A stretch of DNA of 64,000 nt from assembly GCF_024521635.1 (NCBI RefSeq), contig NW_026250404.1, positions 372,001 through 436,000 on the forward strand, written 5' to 3'. The stretch comes from Tricharina praecox. Lineage: Eukaryota. The notes below the pieces were generated by a model that was given only the letters and a program-made list of their open reading frames with translations, was not told the DNA's origin and searched no databases. This document shows positions 62,513 through 64,000 of the stretch, one piece after another (positions within the stretch are counted from its first letter, which is position 1; the number at the start of each line of letters is the position of its first letter). The translations under genes and the position numbers were made by a program.

Positions 62513-64000
62513 TAGAGCACGGACCGGACCGGTGCCGCGCCGTCGTCGTCGTCGTCATTCCCATGCGGGTGATCGTCAGGCGGCGCTGAAGATCACCATT
62601 CACCATTTTTTTCCGTTGCTCGACGGTGAGTCGGTGACGATCATCGGGAACCGGTATGACAGCTACCGGTTTGGCTGCGTCCATGGGATGAATGGGTTGA
62701 TCGGCATGCCGAACTACGGCGGCATCGGAGGCGACGGCGGGCACTAATGTCCGCACTATGTACGAGTAGAGTGCACAACCCCCAACTCCGGATCCGAGAT
62801 GACGCTGGGGGGACGAGTGAGACTTACATTGAGCTACAAAGTATCCAGGTGGGTACGGGCTGTAGGTAAGCAGGTATGTACGCCATAACCCTAGGGCCAC
62901 CGACAACGCAGCGGAATATCAGGAAGAGCGCGCACACTGCCGATCCCTCGATGAGCTGAGCGGACCATAACCAAGAAGAGCCTGCTTATTCCCTGTGTAT
63001 AGAAAGGGTTTTGGTCCTTGGGGGCAATGGGGGGTTGTTGGGATGTCCCTTACCTGTTTTGCTTTCCCTTGTGACGGGGGGCCGAGGGAGGGGGGGGCTT
63101 CAATTCAGGCTGCAGACAGGCACTGCAGGTCTGGTCAGGATGTTGGTCTGGTGAATAAGTACCTACGGAGGTCCGGAAAAGGTATTTTGCGATGATTATT
63201 TTGCGTTGCAGGTGTATCCAGAGTACATATGGACCTAGGGAGGACCTGGGTGGATTCCAGAGTGGTACCGGAGAGTGCAAATCAGCTGTTCCCGTGGCCG
63301 GTGGACTTAGGTAGTTTTCTATTGCGAATCTACGATCGTGGCTGGGGGGGAAATGGCCGATGCCCATTACCCAGCCCAGCAGTTTTTCGTAGGCTCGTAG
63401 GTAGCCCATGATCACGGCTGCAAGAGACGTATCCAGTTGTCGGCTCTGGCGGCCCACTGGTTCACCAGCCAGCACTCACTCACGATGGGCAGTGGGGGAT
63501 GCCGGCCGGCCACGGCTACCGGCCAGGACGAACGCGTAGTTCCAAGGCAGGCAGACTGACTGACCACAGCTCAGCGGCGAACGCAGTGCAGCCCCCAGCC
63601 AGCCCATGCGGACTACCTCACTAACGGGCTGTGTGTGAGAGCGAAGAGCGTGTGTGGTTGTGGTGGTGGTCCGCTATCTGTCGGTCCACACACCACCACC
63701 ACCACCACCACCACGATAGAGTCTTGATGCGTTGTCACTCGTTGGAACTCCCCAGACATTTAAATTCATCTGAATTTAGGGCCCACTCTCTCCCCCGCCC
63801 CTCCGGGCCCTCCCCCTCCCAACCATGCGTCGCTTATTAGGGTTGGACCTTCCCGTTGCGTGTGTAGTAGGAAGGTAGGCTGCTGCCGTCTTATGTGCAG
63901 ATGTCAGTCCCCGTCTCTCCTAACCACCGCTCCGTAGATGGTCTACTTTCTTTTCTTTCTTTCGGCTTTGATTCTAGACCCTGGAGCTCTCACCGACAAT

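Noticed and set aside
62532..62747. Protein-like short ORF
   Set aside because: No ATG start, no recognisable motif or splice structure, and adjacent to microsatellites.

Overview
Eukaryotic (filamentous ascomycete, probably Pezizomycetes by inference) genomic DNA with short GT-AG introns and many microsatellites. About 1-18.8 kb and 58-64 kb contain no recognisable conserved CDS. The left part carries two intact-ended non-autonomous DNA transposons (a TA-flanked element and a TTA-flanked Tourist/PIF-Harbinger-like MITE) and a degenerate minisatellite. The gene-dense centre encodes TIP20/RINT-1, a Sel1-repeat Nif1/Dsf2-like protein, TSPO, a hypothetical protein, EAF1/VID21, MAK11, PNGase A, an F-box-like protein, IRE1, PEX10, MAS2 and a DEK-C/SWIB protein; exon structures were reconstructed by hand. 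The main discovery is a ~1.6 kb non-coding minus-strand interval (~27877-29440) with the architecture of a fungal telomerase RNA. It shows a template with repeated ends, an abutting template-boundary helix, a long-range arm-closing helix, a pseudoknot, a core-enclosing helix and an AUAAGU splice-site motif at the 3' end. Its template predicts a non-canonical telomere repeat (TTAGGGTCAATCA or TTAGGGTCA), and a decayed transposon copy sits in its variable arm. All RNA pairings were found by eye and need computational and experimental confirmation.
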